A stretch of 64,000 bases of DNA, from positions 90,079 to 154,078 of the forward strand of contig JBBARP010000008.1 in NCBI GenBank assembly GCA_040399745.1. The letters run 5' to 3'. The stretch comes from Bdellovibrionia bacterium (GTDB lineage: Bacteria > Bdellovibrionota > UBA1018). Positions 44,573 through 54,630 of the stretch are shown in pieces. A program made the position numbers and the translations under genes. Position 1 is the stretch's first letter, and the number at the start of each line of letters is the position of its first letter. Under the pieces are notes generated by a model. That model did not search any database. It had not been told where the DNA came from and saw nothing but the letters and a program-made list of their open reading frames with translations.

Positions 44573-45127
44573 TTACTTCACGACCACCTGCTGAATGCCC
44601 ACCGGCTTTCCGGCAAGTTTGCGCGAAATAAAGCGCATCGAACTCACCGGGCGACGCCCCTCTTTGTCGTCAATCCAGAGAATCCACTCCGGGCCGGCGC
44701 GGTCGACATCGAGTTGCAGTTCCCCGCGACGATCGCCAAAGGGATTGGGTGAGCTGAGGTAGTTCAGTGTCACCGGCCCACCGTTTCTGGGATGAAACTG
44801 GGTGGATTTTAAAATCACGGCCTTCTTTCCGAAAGTGGATGCCGGATCAATCGGAACCAAACCTTTAGCGAGCTGAGCCACGGGCCAGGTGTAACTAGAA
44901 GGTTCACCTGTCTTCGGGCTCGTTCCGTCGTATTTGAAGTGAGTCACATCACCGTTTTCATCCACGATCATTCGGATGTAAGCAGGAAGCTCGTTTCCGT
45001 TTTTGTCCTTGATCAGATCGGTGGTGACTTCCGCCAAAGTCACTTCCTTTGCCTGTGCGGTTGATGCGCTTGCGGCCAGAAACCCCAAAGCTAAAATCCA
45101 AACTGCCTTCACTGACGTTTGGTGCAT
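44573..45127 (-). CDS. Hypothetical secreted beta-rich protein
   Basis: Signal peptide ending AQA; GAGGGGGG SD; TTGACA upstream (minus strand, 45181-45186). Confidence 0.7.
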   Translation of the reverse strand: MHQTSVKAVWILALGFLAASASTAQAKEVTLAEVTTDLIKDKNGNELPAYIRMIVDENGDVTHFKYDGTSPKTGEPSSYTWPVAQLAKGLVPIDPASTFGKKAVILKSTQFHPRNGGPVTLNYLSSPNPFGDRRGELQLDVDRAGPEWILWIDDKEGRRPVSSMRFISRKLAGKPVGIQQVVVK

Positions 45128-45239
45128 TCGATTTTCCCCCCTCGAAGCTGGCACGGGGGTTATCGCTGGCGTGCACTTGCTGTCAACGCAGGCGGGAAAG
45201 AAAGCCTAGGCGACTCTCTACGCTATGCGTAAAAATCGC

Positions 45240-46127
45240 TCAGTGGGTGACTTTGAACGACTGCATGAGCTCGGCGGCAATCGGATTTTCGATTCGGCGA
45301 TTCGCAGAAATGAGCCAGATTTGCTCGGTAATTCCTGGGATATCGCTAATCAGCGTCAGCGACTTTGCGCGCACCAAGTCGATGGCTGCGGGCTCGGATA
45401 GGGGGACGAGTCCAACGCCGTTGGTTCCTAAGATCTTTTGGAGCGCCGTGTCTTGAGTCTCGGCTGCGACTTCCACTTCCAAGTGGTTTGACTTCAAAAA
45501 GTGGTCGATGTCGTGCCGAATTTTTGAGTGCCGGGTGGGCATGACAAAAGGCTGATTCTCTAGCGATTGTGGAAAATCTTTTGTGAGTTTCTTGAATTGC
45601 GGCGCACCGTAAATTCCGACGGGCGATTCGGCCACTAAGCGGGCTTGGATATTTTGTCGATCATCGATCGCAGGCTGGTAGTTCGAAAGCATCAAATCAA
45701 TGCGGTGAGCGAGGAGCTCCCGCGTCAAGGCGTCGCCCTTATCTTCGAGGATGGTCACTGTACAGGGGCCAATCTCTTGGGCGGCTTGAGTCAAGCGAGC
45801 TGCGACTGATTTCGAAAGGCTGTCGAGAATCCCGATCTGAATGTGGGTGCGGTTACTGACCAAGCGGTCTTGAACGGCTTCGACCATTTCATCGCCCAAC
45901 CGAAAAATTTCGTCGGCATATTCCAGCACCACACGCCCGGCTTCGGTCAGAATCAGGCGACGGTTTCGGCGATCGAACAAAGGATGGCCCAAGCGTTCTT
46001 CTAATTTTTTCAGCTGCGTCGAAAGAGTGGGTTGACCGAGCTGGAGTTTTACAGCGGCTTTAGCAATGCCGCCTTCATTAGCGATCACTTTGAAGTAGAG
46101 GAGGTGGTGGTAATTCAGCCAGTTCAC
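45240..46127 (-). CDS. LysR-family regulator, NhaR-like
   Basis: WLNYHHLLYF N-terminus, QPTLSTQLKKLE HTH, LysR substrate-binding domain. Confidence 0.9.
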   Translation of the reverse strand: MNWLNYHHLLYFKVIANEGGIAKAAVKLQLGQPTLSTQLKKLEERLGHPLFDRRNRRLILTEAGRVVLEYADEIFRLGDEMVEAVQDRLVSNRTHIQIGILDSLSKSVAARLTQAAQEIGPCTVTILEDKGDALTRELLAHRIDLMLSNYQPAIDDRQNIQARLVAESPVGIYGAPQFKKLTKDFPQSLENQPFVMPTRHSKIRHDIDHFLKSNHLEVEVAAETQDTALQKILGTNGVGLVPLSEPAAIDLVRAKSLTLISDIPGITEQIWLISANRRIENPIAAELMQSFKVTH

Positions 46128-46198
46128 GGAACGCTCTCCTTCTCGGGTGGTCGTTAGTTTTGAAGTGCAGGGAGATTATCATTTTAGGAAAATTAAAT

Positions 46199-48838
46199 TC
46201 AAGAACTTCTAAACAAGCTGAGCGGGCTTTCTTTCAAGCTCCTTCGGCTTGCCCAGGTGCTTGCGAGTACGACTCCCAGTGCCGTGAGAACTCCAAGCGC
46301 TGCTAATGCGGCGTCGGGAGCCGGAGCGGGTAAACCAAACTGCCTTGCCAGAAGGGCTCCTGCTACCAAGCTTGAAAGTGCGGTTCCGACGCCAGCAGCG
46401 GTTACGCCCAAGACGCCAAATTCCACGCGCAGCGCGCGCGTGATGAGTGTTTTTTTAGCACCCAAAATTCCCAGAAGCGCCATTTCCCGCGCACGGTGGC
46501 GCGCCGATTCAAGTGCAATCAAAGCAACGCCCAGTGAGCCCGTGAGCCAACTGAAGAGTGAAACAAAGCGAACGACGGCTTCGATTTTTCGAACTAAAAG
46601 AGCGAGTTTTTTGGATGCGTCTTGAACATCGATCAAGGTGGCAGTCGGGATGTTCTTGGCCATCTCGCGTTGAAAATTTTGGCGACTTTCAGGCTGATCG
46701 AGGCCTGAAGCAGAAGCTATCCAACTAAACGGGGCACCTTCGAGTGCGCCCGGTTGAAGGACGACGAAAAAATTCGGTTCAAAGCGCGCCCACTGCACGG
46801 TGCGAATACTCGTCACTCGCGCGCTCAGCGATACTCCTTGGATTTCGAATTTCAAAATATCCCCAAGCCCGACGCCACTTCGTTCGGCCCACTGGGCTTC
46901 GATGGAAGCTTCTACTTCGGTGTTTACTGAGCTTTCGTCAGCGCGCGAGTTCGGCTGCCAAAAACGACCGCGAGTGATCCGTTCGCTGGAATAAAGAGTG
47001 GCGCGTTCGGTGAGTCGGAACTCCCGGGACCGATTCTCTGCGTCTTCTTGCGTTCGCGGTGCGGAGTCGTTGATCGAGCGAAGGCGCGCAGGCACAAGCT
47101 TCGAGAAACGCAGCGATGCGGCCTTTGCTCCAATTTTTTGGATCAAACTTTCCACCTGCGGGCGATCTTCGTCGCCCAGATCAATCAGGAAAAACTGAGG
47201 GCGCTCGGCGCCCTGGGGAGCTTCGAGCTCTTGAAGCATGGCACTTCGAAGTTGGAGCATGGAGCCCACTAGCAGGGTTGCCAAAGTCAGGAAGCTTGCA
47301 GCGAGCGCAGAGCGTCCTTTTTGGCGCCAAAGGTGGCGAAGTCCGAGTCGGACTGCGAGCGAGGTTCGCCCGTCCCAGCGTGAAGTCAGCTTTTCCAAAA
47401 ATCCAAGGGCAAGAAAGAGCAGCGAATGAAGAATGGCACCGATTCCAAGAAGCGAAGTCACGGCTGCAGGACCGACCCAGTTCTGAGTTTGGCGAAACCC
47501 AAGCAGGAGCAGTAGGCCCAAGGTCAGGCCTCCGACTTGGAAACGTTGCCAGAGAAGGGTGCGTGATGTTTTCTCGGGCTCATCTGAACCGAGCGCGTCT
47601 TCTCGTAACAGCGATAAAGGCTTACCCCAAGGAAGGGTTGTTTGGCCTAAGGCTGAAAAAACTAAGCAAAGGGCGACGCCCGTAGCCCAGGCTTCCCCTG
47701 CTGCCCAAAAAGAAAGGGGGGACTCGCTGACCTGGAACGGAAATAGTCCACGAGCGAGACGGGGTAGGGCTTGGCCGAGTACGAGGCCAGAGAGTGCACC
47801 TAAGGTTGAGCTGAAAACGCCCAGGATGAGTGCTTTCTGAAAAAGGGTGCGACCGATTCGTTTTCTGGAGGCGCCGAGGCAACTCAAGATGGCGAGCGTC
47901 TTTTCTTCCGCTTGAAGCTTCACTCGCATCGCAAAAGCGATTCCAGTTCCTCCGAGTAAAGCGACCAAAAGAGAAAGGAGCCCTAAGAATTCGCTCAGGC
48001 GTTTGAAAAATCCGCGAAGCTGAGGACTGGCCTCACGGTAGGTGCGGGCTTGGCTTGCGGGATCTTTCAGGCACTTTTGAATGACGGCGCGTTTCTCAGT
48101 AAGCTCTGAGTCAGTAGCTGAGAGTCCAAGCGGGGTGGCGAAAACTTCTCGGTAACGCACCCGCGATTCGGGGCCGGCAAGTCCGGTCGATGGAAGGTCT
48201 TTGAGCGGGATCCAAACGCGAGGCCCGAGCGCAAAAGCCGAGCCCGCAGTGGTGGTTTCATCGCTGACCCGGCCTTGCAGTTGAAACTTTTGCTTACCGA
48301 GTTGAAAGGCTTCGCCTGGCTTCCAGTCCAGTTGAGCGAGCAGATCGTCTTGAGTCAGCAGCGGGGGAAGGGGGGCTGTCGGAGATGAACGGGTCGGTTT
48401 TTTGAGGCGGGCGTGCGGGTTTTTTTTGGGGTCGTTTTTCAGCGGCTGGCTTGCGCCGCTCTTGTTGTCTTCGGCGCCGAGCGTGACGAATTTTCCGTAG
48501 AACGGGTAGCCTTCGCCCCAGGCGCGCACTTCGACGAGTCGCGAGCGCGGCGTTCCCGGGATGGCCGCCATGGACAGAAAATCGCGAAGGCTTGCGTGGC
48601 GCCAGCCCGCGCCCGCAGCCGCTTTCGCGCACTGAAGCTCGGCTTCCGGCAGCGGGCGCGGGCTCGTCACCTCCAGGTCCGCGCCGGCCAGGCCGCGCGC
48701 TTCGCGCCCGAGGGCCTGCGCAGACTGCTGCTCAAATCCGCGAGTGGCCGTCATGGCGGCTACGGCCACCGCTAAGCATAGCGCCGGGATGCGCAGGCCC
48801 TCGGCCCGCGTGCGGCGGATCTCGGCCCAGGGCCTCAT
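46199..48838 (-). CDS. YbbP-like (FtsX-type) ABC permease
   Basis: Duplicated FtsX/MacB architecture, GYPFYG, PQFFLID, PNFFVV motifs. Confidence 0.85.
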   Translation of the reverse strand: MRPWAEIRRTRAEGLRIPALCLAVAVAAMTATRGFEQQSAQALGREARGLAGADLEVTSPRPLPEAELQCAKAAAGAGWRHASLRDFLSMAAIPGTPRSRLVEVRAWGEGYPFYGKFVTLGAEDNKSGASQPLKNDPKKNPHARLKKPTRSSPTAPLPPLLTQDDLLAQLDWKPGEAFQLGKQKFQLQGRVSDETTTAGSAFALGPRVWIPLKDLPSTGLAGPESRVRYREVFATPLGLSATDSELTEKRAVIQKCLKDPASQARTYREASPQLRGFFKRLSEFLGLLSLLVALLGGTGIAFAMRVKLQAEEKTLAILSCLGASRKRIGRTLFQKALILGVFSSTLGALSGLVLGQALPRLARGLFPFQVSESPLSFWAAGEAWATGVALCLVFSALGQTTLPWGKPLSLLREDALGSDEPEKTSRTLLWQRFQVGGLTLGLLLLLGFRQTQNWVGPAAVTSLLGIGAILHSLLFLALGFLEKLTSRWDGRTSLAVRLGLRHLWRQKGRSALAASFLTLATLLVGSMLQLRSAMLQELEAPQGAERPQFFLIDLGDEDRPQVESLIQKIGAKAASLRFSKLVPARLRSINDSAPRTQEDAENRSREFRLTERATLYSSERITRGRFWQPNSRADESSVNTEVEASIEAQWAERSGVGLGDILKFEIQGVSLSARVTSIRTVQWARFEPNFFVVLQPGALEGAPFSWIASASGLDQPESRQNFQREMAKNIPTATLIDVQDASKKLALLVRKIEAVVRFVSLFSWLTGSLGVALIALESARHRAREMALLGILGAKKTLITRALRVEFGVLGVTAAGVGTALSSLVAGALLARQFGLPAPAPDAALAALGVLTALGVVLASTWASRRSLKESPLSLFRSS

Positions 48839-49536
48839 GGCCGTGCTCCGGCCGGGGTGTGGAGCGTGTCACTTTCCACTTCGCCGTCCCTGAGCCGCAG
48901 CACGCGGTCGGCCTGGCCGGCCAGCGTGGCGTCGTGCGTGACGAGGACGAGCGCGCAGCGCCCGCGGAGCGAAAGCAGAAGCTCGGTCACTTTCGCCGCA
49001 TTCACGGAATCCAAGTTTCCGGTCGGTTCATCGGCAAACACGATGCGGGGCTCGGCCACCAAAGCGCGCGCAACGGCCACTCGCTGCTGTTCTCCGCCCG
49101 ACAGCTGCCGGGGCAAATGATCCATGCGCGTGTCTAACCCCACGCGTTTTAGCCAAGCCTCGGCCCGCTTGCGACACTCAGCGCGCGGAACATCCTGAAG
49201 TTCCAGCGGCAGCATCACGTTTTCAAGCGCCGTCAGCGTCGGAATCAAGTGGTAGGCCTGAAAAACAAAGCCCAAGTTTTTCGCGCGAAATTCGGTCAAG
49301 TCATCCGAACTCAAAGTGTCGAGCTTTGTGCCATTCAGGCTGACCGAGCCTTCCGTGGCCGAATCAAGTCCGGCCAAGAGTGCCAGCAGCGTGGATTTTC
49401 CGCTTCCCGAGGGGCCGAGCAGCGCAACGCATTGGCCTTCAGGAATTTCAAAGCTCACGTTCTTCAGAACAGGAAGAAGAGACGGAGGGTTTCCTTCGAG
49501 CAAGAAACTTCGACCTAAGTTTTGAGCTTGAATCAT
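48835..49536 (-). CDS. YbbA/LolD-like ABC ATP-binding protein
   Basis: GPSGSGKS, GFVFQ, LSGGEQQR, ADEPTGNLD. Confidence 0.92.
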   Translation of the reverse strand: MIQAQNLGRSFLLEGNPPSLLPVLKNVSFEIPEGQCVALLGPSGSGKSTLLALLAGLDSATEGSVSLNGTKLDTLSSDDLTEFRAKNLGFVFQAYHLIPTLTALENVMLPLELQDVPRAECRKRAEAWLKRVGLDTRMDHLPRQLSGGEQQRVAVARALVAEPRIVFADEPTGNLDSVNAAKVTELLLSLRGRCALVLVTHDATLAGQADRVLRLRDGEVESDTLHTPAGARP

Positions 49537-50189
49537 TGCGTGGACCTCGCAGACGCCTTGAGAAGGGGGAGAAGAAATTTTGCAGTCCGTTCGGCCAGAA
49601 TCTCTTGGCCGCGCGAGTTCGGATGAATGCCGTCTGCTTGATTGAGCTCGGCTTTCATCGCGACTCCTTCCAGGAGGAAGGGCAGGAGCGGAATTTTTTC
49701 GCGCTGGGCGACTCGCGGGTAAATGGCGTCGAATCGCTTTCGGTACTCGGCTCCGAGATTTGCAGTCGCTTTCATTCCGAAGAGCACAGGACTGACTCCT
49801 GCTTTTTTGATCTGCTCAATCAGAAGGGTCAGATTCTTTTCAGTCTCTTCAGGCTTGAGTCCCCTCAGCATGTCGTTCGCACCCAGAGCCACGACCAAGT
49901 GCGAGGGCTTTTGACGAAGCACCCAAGCGAGGCGTCTCAGTCCCCCTGCAGTGGTGTCGCCGCTGACGCCTGCGTTCACGACGATCACCTCGCTTTGCCC
50001 TGCCGCTTTGAGCCTTTCTTCCAAGCGAGCGGGGTAGGCTTCTTCTTGAGAAAGGCCTAAGCCCGCAGTCAGGCTGTCTCCCAAAATCACGATCGTTTGC
50101 CCGGCGGCGCTGGCACTGAGGGGAAGAAAGGCCAGCGTGAGGAGTGAGAGAAGGAGCCCGCGAAAGATCATCCCTCGTTCATAGCGCAC
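49533..50189 (-). CDS. tesA: SGNH/GDSL arylesterase (TesA-like); start may be ATG 50171
   Basis: Signal peptide, GDSL, NAGVSGDT, LGAND, DGIHP blocks. Confidence 0.88.
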   Translation of the reverse strand: MRYERGMIFRGLLLSLLTLAFLPLSASAAGQTIVILGDSLTAGLGLSQEEAYPARLEERLKAAGQSEVIVVNAGVSGDTTAGGLRRLAWVLRQKPSHLVVALGANDMLRGLKPEETEKNLTLLIEQIKKAGVSPVLFGMKATANLGAEYRKRFDAIYPRVAQREKIPLLPFLLEGVAMKAELNQADGIHPNSRGQEILAERTAKFLLPLLKASARSTQ

Positions 50190-50252
50190 TCTCAGCTCAG
50201 GTACGAAGCGCTTAAGAAGCCTTCTTTGCCCTCAAGAAGCTTTCCCGTGCCC

Positions 50253-51278
50253 TTACGAAGCCTTCCGGTCCGAAGCATTCCTGAAGGCTTCGGTTCGCTC
50301 CATCAAGTGGTTCCATAGCGGCGGCACGAGAGCTGCCAACATCATGGTGCTGTAGCCACCGGGCATTCGGGGCGCATCTTCTAAGTGTTCAAGCTTCTCA
50401 AAATGGCGCGTGGGTTCGCGGTGGTGTTGGGCGTGGTAGCCCAAGTTAAAAAGAAAGCGATTGGTCAGCCAGTGGCTCGAATCCCAAGAGTGTTTAGGTG
50501 ATACGGGCTCAAATCGCCCCGGCGCGATTTCCGCGCGGCTCAGGCCGTAGTGCTCCACATAGTTGATGGTCTCCAGAAGCAGGACCGCCACGAGGCTTTG
50601 AAAAGCTAAGAACTGAACTCCCGCCAAACCCTGCCACTGGAAAATTACGAAGTAGAGTACGCCTTGAAAAATCAGGTCATGCATCATTCGGTTTCTGAAA
50701 AAGGAATGGCGGTTCAGCTCAATTTTCCAAGCGCTGAGAAGGCCCATGAAAACGGAGCGCATCCAGAAAGCGTAAATCATTTCGCCACGGCGCGCGGTGG
50801 CGGGGTCTTGCCGAGTTCCGACGCGCAGATGGTGCCCCGAGACGTGCTCCACTCGGAACTGGCCGTAGGTGACCATGTAAAGGAGGACCGCTCCGAGTGC
50901 GCGCTCAAAGCGGGATCTTCGGTGCACCAGTTCATGAGCCGCCGTGATTCCAATCGCGCCCGTCATGGAACCAGTCGAAATGACGAGTCCCCATTTTTCC
51001 CAAAGCTCTAACGGCACGTTCGAGAAAGTCAGGATCGCCCAAGCCAAGAAAGCGGCTTGAAGAGGAACATACGCCCACAGCAAAAGTGAGGCTCCCGGGG
51101 CATTGAGTTCTACGTGGGCGGGCTTTCGGCCAATCAACGAATCAAAAAGCGGGTGGAGCAAAAACACGATCGAAGAAGCCGCCCAAGTCCACAGACCGCG
51201 CTGAACCAGCGCCGGGACTAGGAGAATGGGGATCAGGTAAGGGAGCGTGAAGGAGGCGACCCGAGAAATTCCCATCAT
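50253..51278 (-). CDS. alkB: Alkane 1-monooxygenase AlkB-family membrane di-iron enzyme
   Basis: HELVH, EHVSGHH, DPATAR.GE, NYVEHYGL, HSW and HAQHH motifs. Confidence 0.85.
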   Translation of the reverse strand: MMGISRVASFTLPYLIPILLVPALVQRGLWTWAASSIVFLLHPLFDSLIGRKPAHVELNAPGASLLLWAYVPLQAAFLAWAILTFSNVPLELWEKWGLVISTGSMTGAIGITAAHELVHRRSRFERALGAVLLYMVTYGQFRVEHVSGHHLRVGTRQDPATARRGEMIYAFWMRSVFMGLLSAWKIELNRHSFFRNRMMHDLIFQGVLYFVIFQWQGLAGVQFLAFQSLVAVLLLETINYVEHYGLSRAEIAPGRFEPVSPKHSWDSSHWLTNRFLFNLGYHAQHHREPTRHFEKLEHLEDAPRMPGGYSTMMLAALVPPLWNHLMERTEAFRNASDRKAS

Positions 51279-51412
51279 TGTCTTCAGATTGTAGCACGTT
51301 GCCCCGGGACTCAATCCAGCCTGTTGCCGGAGAGTGTGCCCAAGGTTCGCATATCCTGAAGTCGTGCCTAATCTCTTTTGAGACCCCAGAAAATGTGCCA
51401 TAAATCGCGGAC

Positions 51413-53122
51413 ATGAGCGTCACCCAAGCCGACTATTTAGCCCGTCTGAATGCTGCCCAAGGGAAGGTCGATTGCGACTGGATTTTGGAGGGCGGCCAAG
51501 TTCTGGATGTCTTCTCGGGCCGCTGGAAAAAGGCCGATTTGGCCTTTCACGCAGGCGTGATTGTGGGCTTGGATGAAAACCTAAGAGCGCGCGGCGTGCG
51601 CTCAAAGCGCGTCTTGGATGTGCGCGGCAAGTGGTTGGTTCCGGGCTTCATCGATGCGCACGTGCACGTCGAGAGTAGCTGCTTGGTGCCGTCGCATTTT
51701 CAAAACGCCGTTTTACCGCGCGGGACCACAACGGCTATCTGCGATCCGCACGAACTCGCTAACGTGCAAGGCGTCAGCGGCCTTCGGTATTTTTTAGAGC
51801 AGAGCGAGACACTCGCCCTCGATCTCAGGGTCATGCTTTCTTCGTGCGTTCCGGCCACTCACTTGGAAACAAACGGGGGCGGCACTCTCTCCGCAGCCGA
51901 TTTACTGCCGCTCGCGCACCATCCGAAGGCCTTGGGTCTTGCCGAGATGATGAATGTTCCGGGTGTGCTCGGGGGTGATCCTTCGATTCTGGAAAAGTTA
52001 GATGGCTTTTCAGGTCGCCCAATCGATGGGCATGCACCACTTCTCAGTGGGCCCGCGCTCTCCGCATACGCGGCCGTCGGGATTTCGAGTTGTCACGAAT
52101 CGTCTGAGCTTGAAGAGGCGCGCGAAAAACTTTCCAAAGGCATTGCCGTTTGGATTCGCGAAGGAAGCGTGGCCAAGGACTTGGACGCACTGATTCCGCT
52201 TCTGGATGAATCGAGTTCGCCGGCTCTCGGGTTCTGTACCGATGACCGAAATCCGCTCGATATTTTGACCGAAGGCCATGTCGATCACTTGGTTCGTCAG
52301 GCACTCAAGAAAGGAGTGCGTCCGGAAGCGGCGTTCCGCGCGGCTTCCTGGAGTGTGGCTCGTCACTATGGTTTGGACTTGGGTTGGAACCGCGTGGGCG
52401 CATTGGCCCCGGGTTACTTGGCGGATCTGATTGTACTCGACGATTTGGCAACCTGTGCGCTGGGGCGGGTTTTCAAAGGCGGAGTGCCGGTCGATGAAAT
52501 TGAGCAGGCTCGTTCGGTTGCGCAAAAAGCCGTGAACTCCATTCGCTGCTCGATTCCGGCAGCCGAAGACTTGGTTGGGCCCTCGGGGCAAGTTCATGTC
52601 ATCGGTGCTGAGCACGGAAAAATCATCACCACGCGAACAGTCGAGGCGCACGATGCTCCGGGTGTGGCTCGCCTCAGTGTGCTCGAGCGCCATGGTCGGG
52701 GCTTTAAGCCCGCCAATGGTTATGTGCGCGGGTTTGGTGCGGGACTTCGGGGTGCCATTGCTTCGTCCGTCGGGCACGACAGCCACAACCTGATTGCTGT
52801 GGGCGATCGCCCCTCGGATTTGGCTGCAGCCATGGCTTCGCTTGCCGAATGCGGCGGGGGCTTCTCGGTGGTGCGCGATGGAAAAGTGCTGGCTCGTCTT
52901 GAGCTTCCTATGGGTGGCTTGATGTCCGAGAGTGATCCGCAAACTTTGAAGGAAAAACTGGTGGCACTGAAAGAGGCTTCGCGCTCAATTGGCTGCGAAT
53001 TGCCTGAGCCGTTTTTGCAGCTCGCTTTCTTGAGCCTTCCGGTCATTCCTTCGCTGAAGCTCACCGATCAAGGCTTGGTCGATGTCGATCAATTCAAAAT
53101 CATCGATGTCAGGGCTTCTTAA
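51413..53122 (+). CDS. ade: Adenine deaminase
   Basis: PGFIDAHVHVESS, DPHE, DGHAP, TDDR, HDSHN motifs. Confidence 0.93.
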   Translation: MSVTQADYLARLNAAQGKVDCDWILEGGQVLDVFSGRWKKADLAFHAGVIVGLDENLRARGVRSKRVLDVRGKWLVPGFIDAHVHVESSCLVPSHFQNAVLPRGTTTAICDPHELANVQGVSGLRYFLEQSETLALDLRVMLSSCVPATHLETNGGGTLSAADLLPLAHHPKALGLAEMMNVPGVLGGDPSILEKLDGFSGRPIDGHAPLLSGPALSAYAAVGISSCHESSELEEAREKLSKGIAVWIREGSVAKDLDALIPLLDESSSPALGFCTDDRNPLDILTEGHVDHLVRQALKKGVRPEAAFRAASWSVARHYGLDLGWNRVGALAPGYLADLIVLDDLATCALGRVFKGGVPVDEIEQARSVAQKAVNSIRCSIPAAEDLVGPSGQVHVIGAEHGKIITTRTVEAHDAPGVARLSVLERHGRGFKPANGYVRGFGAGLRGAIASSVGHDSHNLIAVGDRPSDLAAAMASLAECGGGFSVVRDGKVLARLELPMGGLMSESDPQTLKEKLVALKEASRSIGCELPEPFLQLAFLSLPVIPSLKLTDQGLVDVDQFKIIDVRAS

Positions 53123-53135
53123 ATAAAAGGTAATT

Positions 53136-53642
53136 ATGAGCTTCAAGCGCACCCCCCAGCTATTGGCCTTTTTGTCCCGCCTTTCCGACACGGATCAGGA
53201 TTCGGATTCTCAGACTGCGACCGCTTATGCCGAACAAGTGGGTGCTGACAGCGCGCGCGTGATTTCTGAGCAGGGTAAAAAGCTCATCGCTTCCGGCGAG
53301 ATCCCAGTCGACGAATTAGGCTCGGAAGCCAATCGTTGGTTTGCGGACGCGGAAGAAGCCGGAGCTTGGCTCACGCAGGTTTTGGCCTCTTTTGATGCCA
53401 TCTCTTCGGGCGGCTCGGGCGGCGACTCAGACGTGGTGGTGAAAGACAGTAACGGAGCCGTTCTCATCGAGGGCGACTCGGTCACGGTCATCAAGGATCT
53501 GAAAGTGAAGGGCGGCTCGAGCGATCTGAAGCGCGGCACCCTGATTAAGAAGATTCACCTGATCGGCGATCCAGACAACATCGAGTGCCGAGTCGACGGC
53601 AGCACGCTTGTTCTCAAGACGATTTTCTTGAAGAAGGCTTGA
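53136..53642 (+). CDS. PhnA/YjdM C-terminal domain fused to an unrelated helical N-terminal domain
   Basis: C-terminal VKDSNG..L..GDSVTVIKDLKVKG..LK.GT..FLKKA; GGSGG linker; no zinc-ribbon Cys in the N-terminus. Confidence 0.75.
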   Translation: MSFKRTPQLLAFLSRLSDTDQDSDSQTATAYAEQVGADSARVISEQGKKLIASGEIPVDELGSEANRWFADAEEAGAWLTQVLASFDAISSGGSGGDSDVVVKDSNGAVLIEGDSVTVIKDLKVKGGSSDLKRGTLIKKIHLIGDPDNIECRVDGSTLVLKTIFLKKA

Positions 53643-53649
53643 GCCTGCT

Positions 53650-54492
53650 TCAGTTCTTTTTCAGGCCAATCTCGCGCAAGCGTTCTTCCAAGTAAGAGCC
53701 CGCCGTATGCTGCTCAGACAAGCGCACGTCTTTTCGCGGGTGCAGGAAAAGCGGCATCGAGTAGCGGGGTAGCCCAGCTTCCACGCCTTTTGGATTGATC
53801 ACTCGGTGCGTGGTGGACGGAAACCAGCGTTGTGACGCTTCCTGCAGCATGTCGCCGATGTTCACGACGATCGAGCCCGGATCGCAGGGAACATCAAACC
53901 ACTCGCCGCTCGTGCCTTTCACTTGTAGGCCCGGTGCGGTGGCTGCGGGCAAGAGCGTGATCAAGTTGATGTCTTCGTGGGCGGCGGCGCGAATGGCGCC
54001 TTCTTCTTCGCCGCCAGTGAGCGGTGGGTAGTGGATGGGGCGAAGGAGTACTTCGCGCGACTCTTCAATCATCGAGCGAAGCGGCATCGAGTAATTTCTT
54101 TGGATGTGGCCGGGCGAGTGGTCCTCGACCCAGCCCAGAAGTTCACCGGCCAGTTCCGACATGCGGTGAAATAATTCGCGCGTGCTGCCGGGCATTCCTT
54201 TGGGGAGCGCGTTCCAAGGGTAGAGGTGGAAGAACTCTTTTAAATCTTTTGCGGCCGCGCCTTTGGCATTCTCCGTTCGGAAGGGGAAGTAACCTGCCTG
54301 AAGCTCGGGATCGAAAGCGTATTGATGCTTTGCGTCAGAGCTAAAGAACTCTTTCCAGTCGTTGAACACATCCGTCACCAGCGTGAAGGGGATGGGGTGC
54401 TCGGTCAGTACGCCAAAGCCCGTCTCGCGCAGACTGTCAGTGAACTGCTTTGGGGCATCGACACTTCGATAGGACACGCTTCGAACGTTCAT
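53650..54492 (-). CDS. 2-oxoglutarate/Fe(II) dioxygenase (IPNS-like)
   Basis: HYPP, AHEDINLITLL (HxD), STTHRV, RYSMP; start set at ATG 54492. Confidence 0.9.
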   Translation of the reverse strand: MNVRSVSYRSVDAPKQFTDSLRETGFGVLTEHPIPFTLVTDVFNDWKEFFSSDAKHQYAFDPELQAGYFPFRTENAKGAAAKDLKEFFHLYPWNALPKGMPGSTRELFHRMSELAGELLGWVEDHSPGHIQRNYSMPLRSMIEESREVLLRPIHYPPLTGGEEEGAIRAAAHEDINLITLLPAATAPGLQVKGTSGEWFDVPCDPGSIVVNIGDMLQEASQRWFPSTTHRVINPKGVEAGLPRYSMPLFLHPRKDVRLSEQHTAGSYLEERLREIGLKKN

Positions 54493-54630
54493 ATTAATGG
54501 ATGTACCGGAGCCATCGAAGCTGGGGCAAGTGCGCTCGATAAAAATTTCATTGCGCATAGCCGCCTCTGGTTTATGGTTTCGGAAACACAGGGGAAGTTT
54601 CCCTGAACACTCCACGGAGAAACTGGAAAA

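Noticed and set aside
48420-48427. T8 tract within a Lys/Pro-rich insert in the ybbP-like permease
   Set aside because: The frame is intact and the tract is short; no evidence of slippage
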